This document shows positions 36,175-53,300 of a stretch of DNA of 64,000 nucleotides, piece after piece. Both the position numbers and the translations under genes were made by a program. The stretch covers positions 62,001 to 126,000 of the forward strand of contig CDMY01000219.1 in the NCBI GenBank assembly GCA_001179505.1. The letters are read 5' to 3'. Every line of letters begins with the position of its first letter. Within the stretch, counting starts at the first letter, position 1. Below the pieces are notes generated by a model. That model was not told the DNA's origin and ran no database searches. It saw nothing but the letters and a program-made list of their open reading frames with translations. The stretch is from Vitrella brassicaformis CCMP3155. Taxonomy: Eukaryota > Protista > Chromerida.

Positions 36175-36908
36175 GATGAGAGACAGCAAGGCAGGCAGGA
36201 AGACAGCCAAGCTTGACATGACAGGGGTGCTTCCTTCCATATGGCTGCTGGCTGATGAGCATTTCTTGTGCGCTGCATGGCGGGCGACCAGCATCCTGCT
36301 GGATGGATGGATGGCTGCTCGTGGGCTGGTTCTTCTTTTTCAACCATGACTGGCCATGCGATGTCATGCCATGCGCGCCTGTCCATCCCTCCCTCTCTCT
36401 GTCTGTCTGTCTCTCTTGGGTAGGTAGCAACAGCTCTGGGCTTGGTGGGGGTGGGGTGGGGGCGGAGGTTTTGTACAGTACACGGAGACACATGACATGC
36501 ATCTTGTGGGGGGGGGGGGGTGGGTGGGCGGCGCCTGTTTGACGCGCTTTGGGTGCTTGCCTTGCCTTGCCTTGCCTGTGTGTCTCTCGCTCTCTACAAT
36601 ACGGCTAGATGAGAATCGCAATATATGCTGATTTGTTGCCAGGCCAGGCCAGTGAGTGAGTCAGTCAGTTTGTGTCGTGCTGATGTATGTAAAGGCAGCC
36701 TTCCAGACTTCCTCCCTCCCTAGGTGTTGTGTTGGCGCGTGGGTACGAGTGCCATTGTGTGCAGCTGACAGTGACAGACAGATGGCCATTCTCAAGTCCA
36801 TGCTCTTGCGAAGCATCATCAATCAGCAGCAGCAGTGAGTGCTTGTCCAACCAACTCACTCAGCAGAGGCACATCCACACAAAGCACTCTCTCTCTCTCT
36901 CTCTGTCA

Positions 36909-38129
36909 TCATATCTTGGTCTCATCGTCATAGAGTTCGATGCAGTCCGCTGAGAAGGAGCCGACTCGGTAGCTGTCCTGCACGGCCGCCCACGCGCCCT
37001 CACGCTTACGCAGTATCTGCACACACCACGACAGGTAACACACACACGCACACAAGACCCCTCTAATCAGTCAATTCTCCATCCCTCCCTCCCTCCCTCC
37101 CTCCCTCCATGGATCGCTGTGTGCGTACGTCGCCCTGCATGACGGCAGGGGCGGAGATGACGCCCATCTGCTTGAGCTTGGCCTTGTCGAAGACCACGCT
37201 GCCCTTGTAGAGGTACTTGCGTTTGTCGGGGGGGAAAGTGAGGGAGAACTCCGCCGTCAGCTGCCGGTTGCGCATGAAGAACCTGACCGACAGACAGAAC
37301 ACCAAAAACGCAATCAATGTCACGCACACCACACGTCAATTAGCAGCAATCGAGTCGAATCGGACCAGCTGCCCTTGGCCTTGACGTCTTCTCTTTCATA
37401 CTCGACGATGCCCTTGTCCTGGTCGACAAACCTACACACACGCACACGCCATCGATATCCCCTCACACCAGTCTGTGGCAGCCAGCACTTCCATCCAGAC
37501 CCTCTGAACAGCAGCCTGCCCTTGGTTGTCTGCCCTTCAATGGTCTCTTTGATCCTCCAAAGGCCCCTGATCTTGCTATACTTCAGCTCCCATATATTCT
37601 GCGGTAGGCCCCTATCATTCAGCTCGCGCTGGAACTCCACGGGGTCGATCTTCGCAGACGCCTCGCCCACCCAACTAAGCCACCCCGCGGCGATTAGAAC
37701 CGGAGCCGCAAGCCCACCGCTGAGAAACGAGCGCCGTTGCAGCACCTGACTACCCTCCTCTCGCGGACAATCGTTGCGTTGCATGAGCAGAGAAGGCACG
37801 GCTGTGTCGGCATGCCTGCCTTGCAACGGCCGACCTATCCGTGTGGCTGAGAGTGGTCGCGTGGATGGCGAGAGAAAGGCAGGAAAGGCTGTTGATGTCC
37901 GCCTTGAATGAGTCTGTTTGCGATGGGACGGCGCCAGCGAGCCGTTCGAGGCGGGATGAAAGAACGAGAAGGCTGCTGCAGCTGCGGTGATAAGGAGAGA
38001 AGGCTGCCATCGCCGTTGTGGTGGTGATCTGGAGGGCTGTGCAGGGTGCCGATGGCATTCGGCTGAGCTCGATGAGGGTGCGGGTTGTGCATCTTGATGC
38101 ATCTCCATCGACAGTTCTTCCATCGACAT
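36909..38129 (-). CDS. Hypothetical protein, predicted thylakoid-lumen targeted (signal, transit and twin-arginine peptides)
   Basis: Hydrophobic signal ending AAAAA-F, Ser/Arg-rich transit region, then RRSFLSGGLAAPVLIAAGWLSWVGEASA|KIDP. Four in-phase exons ending ...ELYDDETKI*. Confidence 0.7.
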
Positions 38130-38443
38130 CTCGATGAGCTCTGGCCAAGGGAAGAACTCCAATCTGCAGTCTTAGCTCGCAAAAGATTGCGAGCTTGCGC
38201 AGATCTCCCTCCCCTTTTTTCCTCCTTGAGAAGAGCTGGTGGATGCCTTTTGAAGCCTCGGTGGTTCCCGTGTCCGAGCGCGCAGCATCAACCCCTGGGA
38301 GGAGCCCATCTGTCTGGCGAACGGAGTAAGTAAGTTCCTTGATGCGGCAGCAGCAACAGCAGTCTGCCGTCTGAGTGCAGAGCAAGCTTAGCCCAGGCCG
38401 GCCTTCCTTCCCTTTATGTGCGGGCGGCTGGCGTGACGTGACG

Positions 38444-41400
38444 ATGCTGACCGGAATGCTGCAGCTCATCGCGTTGTGTGGTGTGCTCATCGCGCACCAT
38501 GCGGTGGCCTTCACGCCCTCCCGCCCCTCCCCCTCCCTCCGCAGACACCCATCGGCACGATCACTCAGACCCACTCATGCTGCAGCCAGACCGTCCGACC
38601 GGTCGCTCACCATGGCTGCACCGCCAGATGCCCACACCTTCGGCAGCAGCGCGACGGCAGAGGAGATGAAGCACCCTTTTCTGCGTAACCTCAACTCGAT
38701 ACCCGAGATGTGGCCGCTGCTCACCGAACGGTTCGGTGACAGAACGGCGCTCAAGGACCCTTATCATGGGGGCGAGGGAGATGGGGAGGGCGGGAGGGCG
38801 TTGACGTATCGGCAGCTGGACGAGGAGATCCGCAGCCTGGGGTCGGGTTTGGCGACGGCTGGGCTGCTCAAGGGGGACAAGGTGACCTTCATTGCGGAGA
38901 ACTCTCATCGGTGGATCATCACCGACCAGGCCATCATGCTCGCAGGTCAGTGAGAACACACACGTGCAGGCAGCCTCCCTCTCTCTGTTTCTGTCGTCTC
39001 ATTCTGCGCGTAATGGGCCTCCCTCCCATATGGCCACTCATCTCATTTACCCACCCATACATCAGGTGGTATTTCTATCCCTCGTGGCGCGGCGGCCGAT
39101 CTGAAGGAGTTGTTGTTCATCTTGGGCCACTCCGAGAGCTCCGTCATCGTGGCCGAGACCCCTGCCGTCCTCGACAAGCTCCTGCACTACGTCTACGTCG
39201 AGGCCCCCGCCCTCCCTGACGTCGACCTGACCGCTCTCAAGAAGCGGCTCAAGTTTGCAGTCGTCCTCTACGACGACCCGTCAGCCAAGGGCGGCCATCT
39301 GTCGCTGCAGGGCGTGGCCACCAAGTACCAGAAGAACCTCACGGTCTACGGCTATGACGCGCTCGTCACACACGGATCGACCTACTCGTCGGCCTTCCGG
39401 CCGGTGGCTCTGGGCCCGGACGACGTGGCGACGATCATGTATACGAGCGGGACGACAGGGCGGCCGAAGGGGGCGGTGTTGCGGCAGCGGAACCTGCTGC
39501 ACCAGATCAACACCAACACGTTCTCGGGGCAGGAGATAGTGGACAAGGACAAGGATGGGCTGTTGGGGTACAATATGAACCCCTTCCCTGGAGACCGATT
39601 CCTCTCCATTTTGCCCACTTGGCACATCTTCGAGCGGGCCGCCGAATACTGGGGGTCAGTGATGAGCTACCTGGATCGATGGATGGATGGATGGGCGTGT
39701 GTGGCTGTGTGTCTTGCGCAGGTTGAGCCGCGGGACGGAGATGATTTACACGACCAAGCTGCACTTCAAGACGGACCTCAGCAAGTTCTCGCCCCATTAC
39801 CTCATCGCCGTACCAAGGCTCTATGAAACCGTCGTCAAGGTCGCCATACAGACAGAGAGACAGGGATACACACACACGCGGACACACATAGGCATGGCAT
39901 GGCATGGCTGGGTGGCATCGCGTCGTTCGTGCTCGCCTCACTCACACATCAGGGTGTTGAGAAGAAGTTCCAGGAAGGATCACCCGTCAAGCGGGGGTGC
40001 GCCACACACACACACACACACACACGTCTGCCCACCAATGCTTTGTGTGCTCGTGAACCCATCAGATTGGTCCGTTTGCTTCGTTCCGTCTCTCGCAAAT
40101 ACGTCAAAGCGAGAAGGATCGTCAGAAGTGAGACATTCATTCGCCCTACCTCCCAGCCAGCCACCCAGCCAACACACTCCCCACTCCCCACTTCCCACGC
40201 CACACGCATCTCTCCCTCCCTCCCTGTTTGTTTGTGTGACCCACCATACAGACCGGAACCTGTTTGACTTCAACCCCGGTTTCATCACGCGTCTGAAGTC
40301 CCGCCTTGCGATGGTGTTCCTGTGGCCGCTGTACAAGGTGGCGTCGGTGCTGCTGTGGAAGAAGATCAGGGACGGGCTCGGGGGCAGCATGAAGGTCCTC
40401 ATCTCGGGAGGGGCCGCACTGCCCATGAAGGTCGAGGTAAGTGAGGAGTTGAACAGACAGACAGACAGACAGAGGGAGGGAGGGAGAGAGGGGTTGCTGG
40501 ATGGATGGATGGATGTGCAGGATTTCTTTGAGATGGCTGACGTGCCTCTGGTGGTGGGCTACGGGCTGACCGAGACCTCGCCCGTCATCACCAACCGCAA
40601 CGTCGACGACAACACACGGGGCACCGCAGGCACAGTCGTCACCGGCACACAAATCAGGGTCCGCACCACGCAACACAGAGGCCTTTTATGCAGCCATTGT
40701 CTTGTGTGTCTTGTGTGTGTGCAGATAGCCGACCAGGAGACGGGCGAGGTGCTGCCTGCTGGCAGAGTTGGTGTGATCGAGGCCAAGGGTCCGCAGGTCA
40801 TGAGCGGCTACTACAACAACGAGGAGGCCACCGACGCAGTGCTCACGCCCGACGGATGGTTCAACACCGGAGACCTCGGCATGATCACACCCACTGGTAC
40901 ACACACACACACACACACACACCCTCCCAGCCACACACACACACATCTCCCTGTCTCCCTCCCTCTCTCGGCGTGCATCATCGCACCACCAGGTCAGCTG
41001 ACCCTGACAGGTCGAGCAAAGGACACTATCGTCTTGTCGAACGGCGAGAACATCGAGCCGGAGCCCATCGAGGTGGACATCATGAACTCGCCGCTCGTCG
41101 ACCAGGCCATGCTCGTCGGACAAGACGAGAGACAACTCGGTGAGTCTGGTCTGCACACAGTCAGTCCACCATGCTGCGAGTAAAGACACGCGCCTGTGCC
41201 TCCCTCTCTGTCTCTCAGGTGGCCTGCTGGTGCCCAACCTTGACGCCATGTGGGAGGAGGGCATTGTCACCACAGTAAGGCCAGACACACACACACACAG
41301 CAAAGGGCTATCGATCCGACGCATGGGCATTCGTTGATTCCATTGTGTGCGTGTGTCGCAGGAGGCGAGGGACAAGTACAAGAAACTCGTCGAAGAGAGC

Positions 41401-42192
41401 AGCGACGAGAGGGTAACCACCCCCAAGCACACCCGCATGGACGCCGATTTGTCTTGTCTTGTGTGATGTGTGTGTTGGTCTGGCCGTTCAGGCGTTGCGC
41501 AAGGCGGCCGATGAGCTGCAGAGCATCCCCGAGGTGGATGCGGCTTTACGTCGGCTGCTCCGTGAGAAGAGCCAATCACGGCGGCCTGACGAGGCCGTCC
41601 GGATGTACCGGCTAATCCTGCAGCCCTTCTCACAGGAGAACGGATGCCTCACACAAACGTTCAAGGCAAGAGAGAACCATTGGCACTTCCCCGCCCCTCT
41701 CCCTCTCCCTCTCCCTCGCAGACCCTCCCGTCTGTGTGCATCTTATTTATGCCTTGGCAGGTGAAGCGGCATGTGGTCTTGTCCAAGTTCGGCGACGTCA
41801 TCGACTCCATCTACAATCCCCAGAAGGCCGGTCTAATTGACAGAGTCCGCAGCACCATCGACAAGCAGACCGACAAGATACGCGACCAGGCCGACAAAGT
41901 GCGGGACACCATCTCCAGCAAGCTGCCTGACCTCCCTGAGTTCAAGAAACCCGAGTTCCAGAAGCCCCAGATGCCCGACTGGGGGCCGTTCAAACGCGGC
42001 AAGGAGGGCAAGGGCGGCGAGGTGGAGCAGCAGGAGCAGGAGCAGCAGCAGCAGGGGCAGCAGCAGGTGTTGAAGGGGGGCGAGGAGGGCATCACAGTGG
42101 CGCCAGCGGACAGGAACCACCATGAGGCCCATGTGGAGCACCACTTGGGTGTGGGGGAGGAGAAGAGAATAAAGGTCACTGAAGTGAGATGA
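38444..42192 (+). CDS. Plastid-targeted long-chain acyl-CoA/acyl-ACP synthetase (AMP-binding family)
   Basis: Bipartite leader MLTGMLQLIALCGVLIAHHAVA-FTPS. Motifs IMYTSGTTGRPKGA, VGYGLTETSPV, GWFNTGDLG, LTGRAKDTIVLSNGENIEPEPIE. Many in-phase exons. Confidence 0.93.
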
Positions 42193-43707
42193 CAGAGAGC
42201 TACGTATACAGGACCGATTTGATGGCTGGTTGGGGTGGGGTGGGGTTGGGAAGAGCGGAGCGGGTGTCTGTACTTTACCCCTCTCTCCCACCCTGTCTCT
42301 CTCTCTCTCTCTGGTGTCTGCGTGACAAATCGACAGACAGACGGACAGCTATGAGCATAGCTGCGCATTCACTGATTGCAATGCATCGCAGCCGTATTTT
42401 TGCTTTGTTTGTGCGTACCTGTGTTTGTTTGTACGGAATGGACACACGGATGGATGGAAGAGTGACACGGGCGGGGCACGCAGGCAGGCAGGAATCACTC
42501 AGTTACTCAATCACTGATGAGGGCATTTTTCACACGCCACGCACACCTACGCGCGCGCGCGAGAGAGAGAGCTGGAGAGATGGTAGCAAGGCAGAGAGAT
42601 GCGTTTTGCCGTCCGTCCGTCCGGCCAGCCAGCCAGCCGGCCTGCATGCACATCTGCAGGCCATTCATTCGTGTAAGGGGGGATGGGATGTGTACAGTGG
42701 GGTGGGCCGGGGTGAGTCGTAATGTAGCTAGGAGACGTGCGAGCGAAGGAGGCAAGGAAGGAAGCGGGGGGCTGCGAGAGAGAGATAGAGAGACCAGAGA
42801 TGCTGCCACACACACACACACATCCATTCAACGGAGAAGGAGTGGTCGTGACACCGACCCCTCGCTCTCCGTCGCAGAGCTGCGGCGAGAGGGGGTGTTT
42901 GTTCAGTAAGACAGCCGGCCAGCTATCCATCAGAGAGCAGGGAACTTTTGGCGATGAGTGGGACACTCGATGGCCACATGGTATGATTTTTGACCATCCC
43001 CCATGCCACACACGTGTTCGCCTGCCTGCCCCGCCTGCCTGAGTGGTTTAATCGACTATGCCTTGCCTTGTATGGGTGCAGTGCACCCTGTGGCCGCTGG
43101 ACCTTTCCGCGGCCAGCCAGCATCTTTGCATTTTCATGGTGTTTCTGGCTCTAGCTGGCTCTAGCTGGCTGTCGACTGTCGGTTGATGGTCGAGTGCTTC
43201 TGCACGCACGAGTGGCTGTCTGTCTGTGGCTGTCTGCCCAGTTTGTGTCAACACACCCCCCCACCCACCCACACCCACCCACACACGCATCAGTGGTTCT
43301 TTTGTAGGCTGGTAGGTGTGCTGGCTTGGCTGCATTGGCTGCATCTAGGTAGGTCTGTGAATGAAGTTGGTCGGCTGCCGGCCGGGTTAATGTCGGTGGA
43401 TGGATGGATGGATGCCCTTCGATGGTGGGTGTGTACTCGTAAGTAAGTGTCACGGTCGCTCGATCTTTGTATCTTTGGACGGACGAAGGGAAAATGCAAT
43501 GCTGCAGGGTGGGTGGGTGGCTAGACAGACTCAGAATGCCTCTCTCTGCCGGTCTTCCTTCAATGCTCGTCCGTCCTCCAAAACAGGTCTCATGTCCCCC
43601 TCCCTCCCTCCCTCCCGAGCAATAAGAAGACAAAAATACCCATGAAGGCAGGCATAAAATCAAATGGTGCTCGCACGCAGCACCGTCACGTCAGTCACGT
43701 CAGTCGG

Positions 43708-44286
43708 TTATCCACCCCGCATGGCGCCCTGCACGTCCCTCCAGGTACCGCCATTGACCACCTTGGTGTAGCCGAGCTTCTTGAGCGCGGCAATGCCGAC
43801 GTTGGACCGCATCCCCGACGCGCAGAAGCAGACGATCGGCGTGCTCTTGTCGGCAGGCAGCTCGCTGGCCCGGCCCTCAATCTGACTGCTCACACACACA
43901 CACACGCACACACACAGACACTCGGAACGACCAGGCCAGTGAAGGTGTACGCCTCGCTTGTGGCTGCTCCGTTTCTTTCTTACGTGTGTGGGATATTGGT
44001 GGAGCCCTCTATGTGGCCGCCTGCATATTCGCCGGCTGACCTTACGTCGAGGAGGAACCGGTTGGGGTTGGTGAGGGTGGCCTTCAGATCTGAGCGGCTG
44101 GATGAGCCCATCGCCATGGAGGGGCTGCAGCACGAGAAACACAGCTGCATCAATCAATGCGCCATAAGACGCTGCAGCATGTTTTCCGCTCGGTCACCTG
44201 GGAAGAGTGCGAGCTGAGCTGTCAGGACGGAGGGATTGAATGAATGCCTTGTCTGCTCCTTGCACTGAGATGAGTATTGCGTGCAT
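43708..44286 (-). CDS. Single-domain rhodanese/sulfurtransferase (PspE-like)
   Basis: LLDVRSAGEYAGGHIEGSTNIPH|TQIE...IVCFCASGMRS...LKKLGYTKVVNGG, with the catalytic Cys present. The start is approximate. Confidence 0.88.
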
Positions 44287-45023
44287 CGGAGGTAAGGATG
44301 AGCGATAATTCTTTCACAAACAATCAGAAATATCGACAAGTGATCACTTCTCGTGCCGTGCCCAGGCTAGTCACTTTTCTCGCAGGTCAAGTGGGTATGG
44401 CTCTCCTGGCTGCATGTCATCAGGGACACCCACACACTCACAGATGGATACATACGATACATCCACCCACCCCCCTCCACACACACTCCCGCTGTCTAGC
44501 TATCTACACACCCCCGACGGACGACCGACCGAACACAGACACCCATACCACCGCTGCACACACACACACACTACACTACAGTGAATACGAACGATACGAC
44601 ACAGCCATCAAAAACACCGACCAGAGAATAAGAGATACCTCAACCAACCTCAACTTCTCAACACAACAGGCCAGGACGGACACCTTAACCGAAAACCGCA
44701 TGGATCCGACCCGCGGATGTAGGGTGGGTGGCTGAAAACTGTGTAAGTGTGTGTGTGTCTGTACGTGTGTATGTGTGTGTGGCGGTGCGGCCGAGAAAAC
44801 TAACTGGCCAGGCCATCATCAAACAAATGCATGTCGGCCGCCCCACCGCGACAGACCACACAGTCTCGGACCGAGAGATTCTCTGGCCTGACTGACTGCC
44901 ATTGCCTTAGCCTTAGCCTTCGCCTCAGCCTTAGCCTTAACCGATTCGAATTAGTGCCCCCGTCACCTACCTCCCTGGTTGCTTGATGGCTGCTACCGAT
45001 GGATGCATCGTTCATCGTTGACA

Positions 45024-48378
<3,355 letters not shown>

Positions 48379-48858
48379 GAGCAGCTGGGCGGGCGGGAGG
48401 AACGATATGGAGAACGCTCAGCCACACAGCCACGTGGGACAGTGCGCGCGACTCCCTGCTTCAGGCACTTGTCGTTTCAACTCCGAGATCAGCATTGCGA
48501 GCTTGTGGAGCCAAGGCAGTGGATTGCCTTCTGTGCAAATTGCTTCTGTGTCCTCTCCTTCTCTGTGTGTGAACTCCCGCCGCCAGTCGCAGAGACCGCC
48601 AGCCTTCCGTAGCCCGCCACCCACCCACCGACAGCACATCAAGGCAGACAATCCAGTCTCGGCACGTAAATGGAGTCAGAGTCTTTCTCTCTCTCTCGTG
48701 CACTCGCCGCATTTAAACATCCACACGCACCCCATGCTCTCGCGGAAAAGCTGACAGCTACAACGGACGTGTGTGTATGCACACACAGTGCAGAATTGAA
48801 AGTACGTCGAGCCACTCAGTGATCCGCTCGGCTACTGCACTGCACTGCACTGCCGCCC

Positions 48859-49158
48859 NNNNNNNNNNNNNNNNNNNNNNNNNNNNNNNNNNNNNNNNNN
48901 NNNNNNNNNNNNNNNNNNNNNNNNNNNNNNNNNNNNNNNNNNNNNNNNNNNNNNNNNNNNNNNNNNNNNNNNNNNNNNNNNNNNNNNNNNNNNNNNNNNN
49001 NNNNNNNNNNNNNNNNNNNNNNNNNNNNNNNNNNNNNNNNNNNNNNNNNNNNNNNNNNNNNNNNNNNNNNNNNNNNNNNNNNNNNNNNNNNNNNNNNNNN
49101 NNNNNNNNNNNNNNNNNNNNNNNNNNNNNNNNNNNNNNNNNNNNNNNNNNNNNNNNNN
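48859..49158. other. Assembly gap (300 N)
   Basis: Run of N. Confidence 1.
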
Positions 49159-50316
49159 CTCTCTCTCTCTACCGTCCTGGCCGCCCACTCGCTAACACAC
49201 ACACACACACACACACTCGGATTGGCACCGACAGGCAGACAAAGCAATAAGCGCCGATCGGCTGCATGCAGCCTGGCCTGCACCACTAGTGGCTCCCGCC
49301 TTGAGTGACGCCCAGAAGTCTAAGGTACAAACAGACGCCTCTCTTCCCCACGTACCGCCACATCATACAGCACCACACCACACAAAGCCCCCTGGCAGCG
49401 GTGACTCACGCGGAGGTGAGAACACAGACGCATACACATGCGAACATACTGCGACACACACACAAACATGCACCGATATCAACGCTGACAATTGCAATCA
49501 ACTCTCGGACGATTGCTCGGTCGGGACACGCAGACACATCCACATGAATAAAGGCCCGGTACAAACGCGCACGATGGCAGCAGTTGTTTCTCTCCGCACG
49601 AATTGGTACGATCGATCGTATGCAGCCACACGTACACGTGTATGCTGGCACACCTCACCACTCGATCTGCCAACACACACCGGACTGACCCACAATACAG
49701 ACACACCTATAGACACGCACACTACAAGTGAGGAAGTGAGAAGACCGCATCAAGAAGACACAATGGATGCAGAGTGACGGCGGGATGCGCCGACACGCAC
49801 GCAAACAGACAGACAGACAGACAGATCCGTTTAGCGACGCCCCGCCGGCAGGGCCATAGCCCTCCCTCTGATCATCAGATTCACTTCTTGCGGAGGAATC
49901 CGTATACAGGGACCGGCGTAGGCGCAGGAGGCACACAGCATAAAAGAAGTGGCAAACTCTCTGAGAGAAACTCAGATTGGCGCCCATCGCAGCCGTCACG
50001 GGCACTCAGACACACCGATGCACACACACATGGCCGAGTTAGCCATAGCAAGAGACGTACAAACAGAGACAGATAGAAAAGACGGCGAGAGGGCAGACGT
50101 ACACACAGGCAGGCAACTGAATAAACGAGACATCCAAACACTAGAAGGCCAAGCGACTTAAAACAGAGACAGACAGACATCAGACAGACAGACAGACAGA
50201 CAGAGAGCGAGAGCAGGAAGAAACTGGCCATGCACTCACCCTCGCTTAAACCACCCCCGCGCACACACTGCCCCCCTTCCTGAGCAGACACTATCTGGCT
50301 CCGTTCCGTTGGTCAA

Positions 50317-53300
50317 TCAGGCCTTGCTGCATCGGCCCGCCATGTAGCGCACGATCACGCCACACGTGTTGATCAACGTCAGCAGCAGGGCCGTCAGGGT
50401 GGCGGGAGGAACGATGTCGGCCAGCACGCCATCGCTGTCGCTCAGAAACACCGCCAGAAGCTGATTGGTCAATGCGTGGACATGTGGGATGCGACCAACA
50501 CACGAAAGAACACCGTGACACAGACAGAGACGGACGTGACTGCTCGGTCGGTCGGTGATGTCCTGCCTGCTGCCATGGCCATCAAATGACTAACCTGCAG
50601 TGTCAGCATCGGCACGTATCCCACGAGAGCCATAAGCTCGAGGGAGCGGAAGGCCTCGCTCTTGACCGGGATGGAGAAGTACGGCAAGGATCGAAAGTTG
50701 CTCCAGCCCAGGTGCAGGACGCCGATCGAGAAAAAGGACCCGAACAGCACAAACACGAGCCCGGCGCCGTCCCCGCCGAATGCATCGTCGTCCTTCTCGT
50801 CAGCAAGGGCCACGGCCAGGACGGCGTGATCGGTGCTGGCGTCCTCCTCCTTGACGGTCTTGCACGTGGACTCGCGGGACTTGGTGGTGGCGCTCTCGAG
50901 GGGAGCGGCGAAGGCCGGCGGGCACGACTTGAACACCTTTGGCACGTCGCTGCTGCAGATGGGCGTGGTGTCCTTTGTCGACTTGATGCCCTCGGGAGTG
51001 GGAGCCGTGTCGATCTCCTCCAGCGCTGCTTCCTGCTGGCCGACCTCCTCCTCACCATCATCCTGCTCCTCATGCTGCCGCTGCTGCTGCTGGAGCTCCG
51101 CTTGGTGAGTGTATTCGCCGCTCTGGATGAACACGGGCGGCTCCTCCGGCAGGTCCGCCATCATGTGGCCGCGGGTGCAGAAGACAGCTTCAGTGGACAG
51201 GTGGCTCAAGGCGAAGGTGGGACAAAAGGACATGACGTCCTCCTCCGTGCTGGCAGCGGGGCCCTTGATGTCACTCTCTGTGGCGTCTGGGGCCGGAGGC
51301 GGCTCCATCATGTGGCCCAGAAACGTCGCGGCCTTCTGCTTGAGTGGCTGTTGCTCGGCCTGTATGTCGACGAGAATTGTTTTCTTCCTTTTGGTCCTTT
51401 TGTGGCTGCCGTCGGTGTCACGCTTGGCCCGTGAGAAGGTGAGGGCATATGACGGGTGGCTCGTCACCTGCATGCGTATACACACACACCGGGATGTGCG
51501 TCTGCTTCGGCCAATGAATGTGTTCCCTTGCGCTGCGCTTGCCCATGTGAGATTGTAGAGAACCACGGTGATTTCGTTGAAGAGAATCATGCACAAGAAG
51601 TGAATGCAGCCGGCCCAGAAGAGCCAACCGGTGTAGTCGACACGGAACAGGTATATAACAAACACGACTGCAACACACACACACAGTCGAGAAGGACGAA
51701 TGCGTGCATTCTCTGCAACCATCTGTGACGCGCGCACGCAGCTGCATCGCCTTGCTCACCATGCGCCACTGTGCCGAGGCCCGCTACGGTAGCCGCAACG
51801 ACGCGCCACACAACGGTGCTGGGGTGGTGCTTCTTGCTCTGTCGAGCGGTCACGTACGCCGCAAATGTCAACAGACCCGCGGCGAGGAGGAACACGATGA
51901 CGTATAGGTCGACCTGGAACCAAACGGGCACACACTTCACTTGCCGGACTGCCGGCGCGTGTGTGCGTAGGGGGTGCGTACGTCTGTGGGGCAGCTCTGG
52001 CCATAGGGCACGGATATGCCGGGCATTCTCAGCACCAGGAGGGAGAGAGACGAGAACCGGGCCCGATAGTGATCCAAGGAGCACGCATAGCCCTGGTCTG
52101 CTCACACACACATACACACGCACACACGCATGAACCTGCCAGATGGCATCCGATTGATGAGTGTCTGTGTGCATCCGTGCTTATTTGTGTGTGTGTGCTC
52201 AGCCCACCGATGATTGTGCCAGGACACAGACGAGGGCCGGACACGACGATTGGCTCCACCTGTACGAAGTTCCATACACAGGACTGCTCGATCAGTGCGC
52301 AGCTGAGCGAGACCAATCAATGCTTGCCTGATCGAGCCGCCACGATCTGCACACACACACAGACGCACACACACAGACACACACACACATGCATCTGATC
52401 TTTCGTCCACAGTTGGGTGAGTCGGGTTGCGGTGCTTACGTCACGTTCTTCCAGAGCATGCACTTGAACTGGGAGGACGAGAACGCCTCACAGTCGGGCT
52501 CCTCCCTGCACTGCACGCAGACACCAAGCAGCGAAAGCACCGCCATACATTTCCACAAGCACACGCACACTTTCACTCTCACACACATCTGTTATTTGCT
52601 CTGTTTACCAGCTCCTGACATCTGCGCAGAAACAACAACAACAACAACAACGCACAGACCGTCAGTCGAGCTAAGGTGCGCTCCCTCTACAGACTCACCC
52701 CTCGGCCGGGTAGACGAGTCTGAAGACAAAACGCACAGACCGTCACTCGCTGCGCTTCTTTCTGCAGACTTGTGCGTCTCCTGCTCACAGGTCGATATTG
52801 GAGATCATCGTGGAGGTGTCGGGGTCCGGCTGCACGCCCTGGTGACGATATCCAGCAACACGACACGGACACGGACAAACAACACACTGCACGGAACTGG
52901 TTATGATCCTCCCTGTGCACCTGGTGGTAGCATCCGCAGTTCGCCAGGCCCACTCGCGACAGGTCGTATGCACGTACAGCGTAGTTAAGCGACTTGGTGA
53001 GGAACGACGGCGCCCCCAGATCTCCCCGGTGAAATGATCTCTCCTCTTTGGTGCCTTTCTTGCCCGCCGCGAGTGCGTTCGGTTCCGTTGGTAGCCCATA
53101 GTAGAGTGCTGGGTCTGCGGGCAGCTGGTGCATGCCGTCGTGCGTCAGCGGGGGGACGGGAGGGGGCGGCCAAGTTGAGCCTGGGGCCGGGCCGCAGTCG
53201 TGGCCCTGCGGGCCACACACACACACACACCAACACACCAACACACATGGGCAGACGTGTGTAGCGACGCTTTATCTGAGTATCCCTCCCTGGTCGCACG

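Noticed and set aside
49655-50005. MGANLSF... ORF suggestive of N-myristoylation
   Set aside because: No convincing splice structure or codon bias; it lies between the PAN gene 3' end and the SNF1 upstream region next to a gap.
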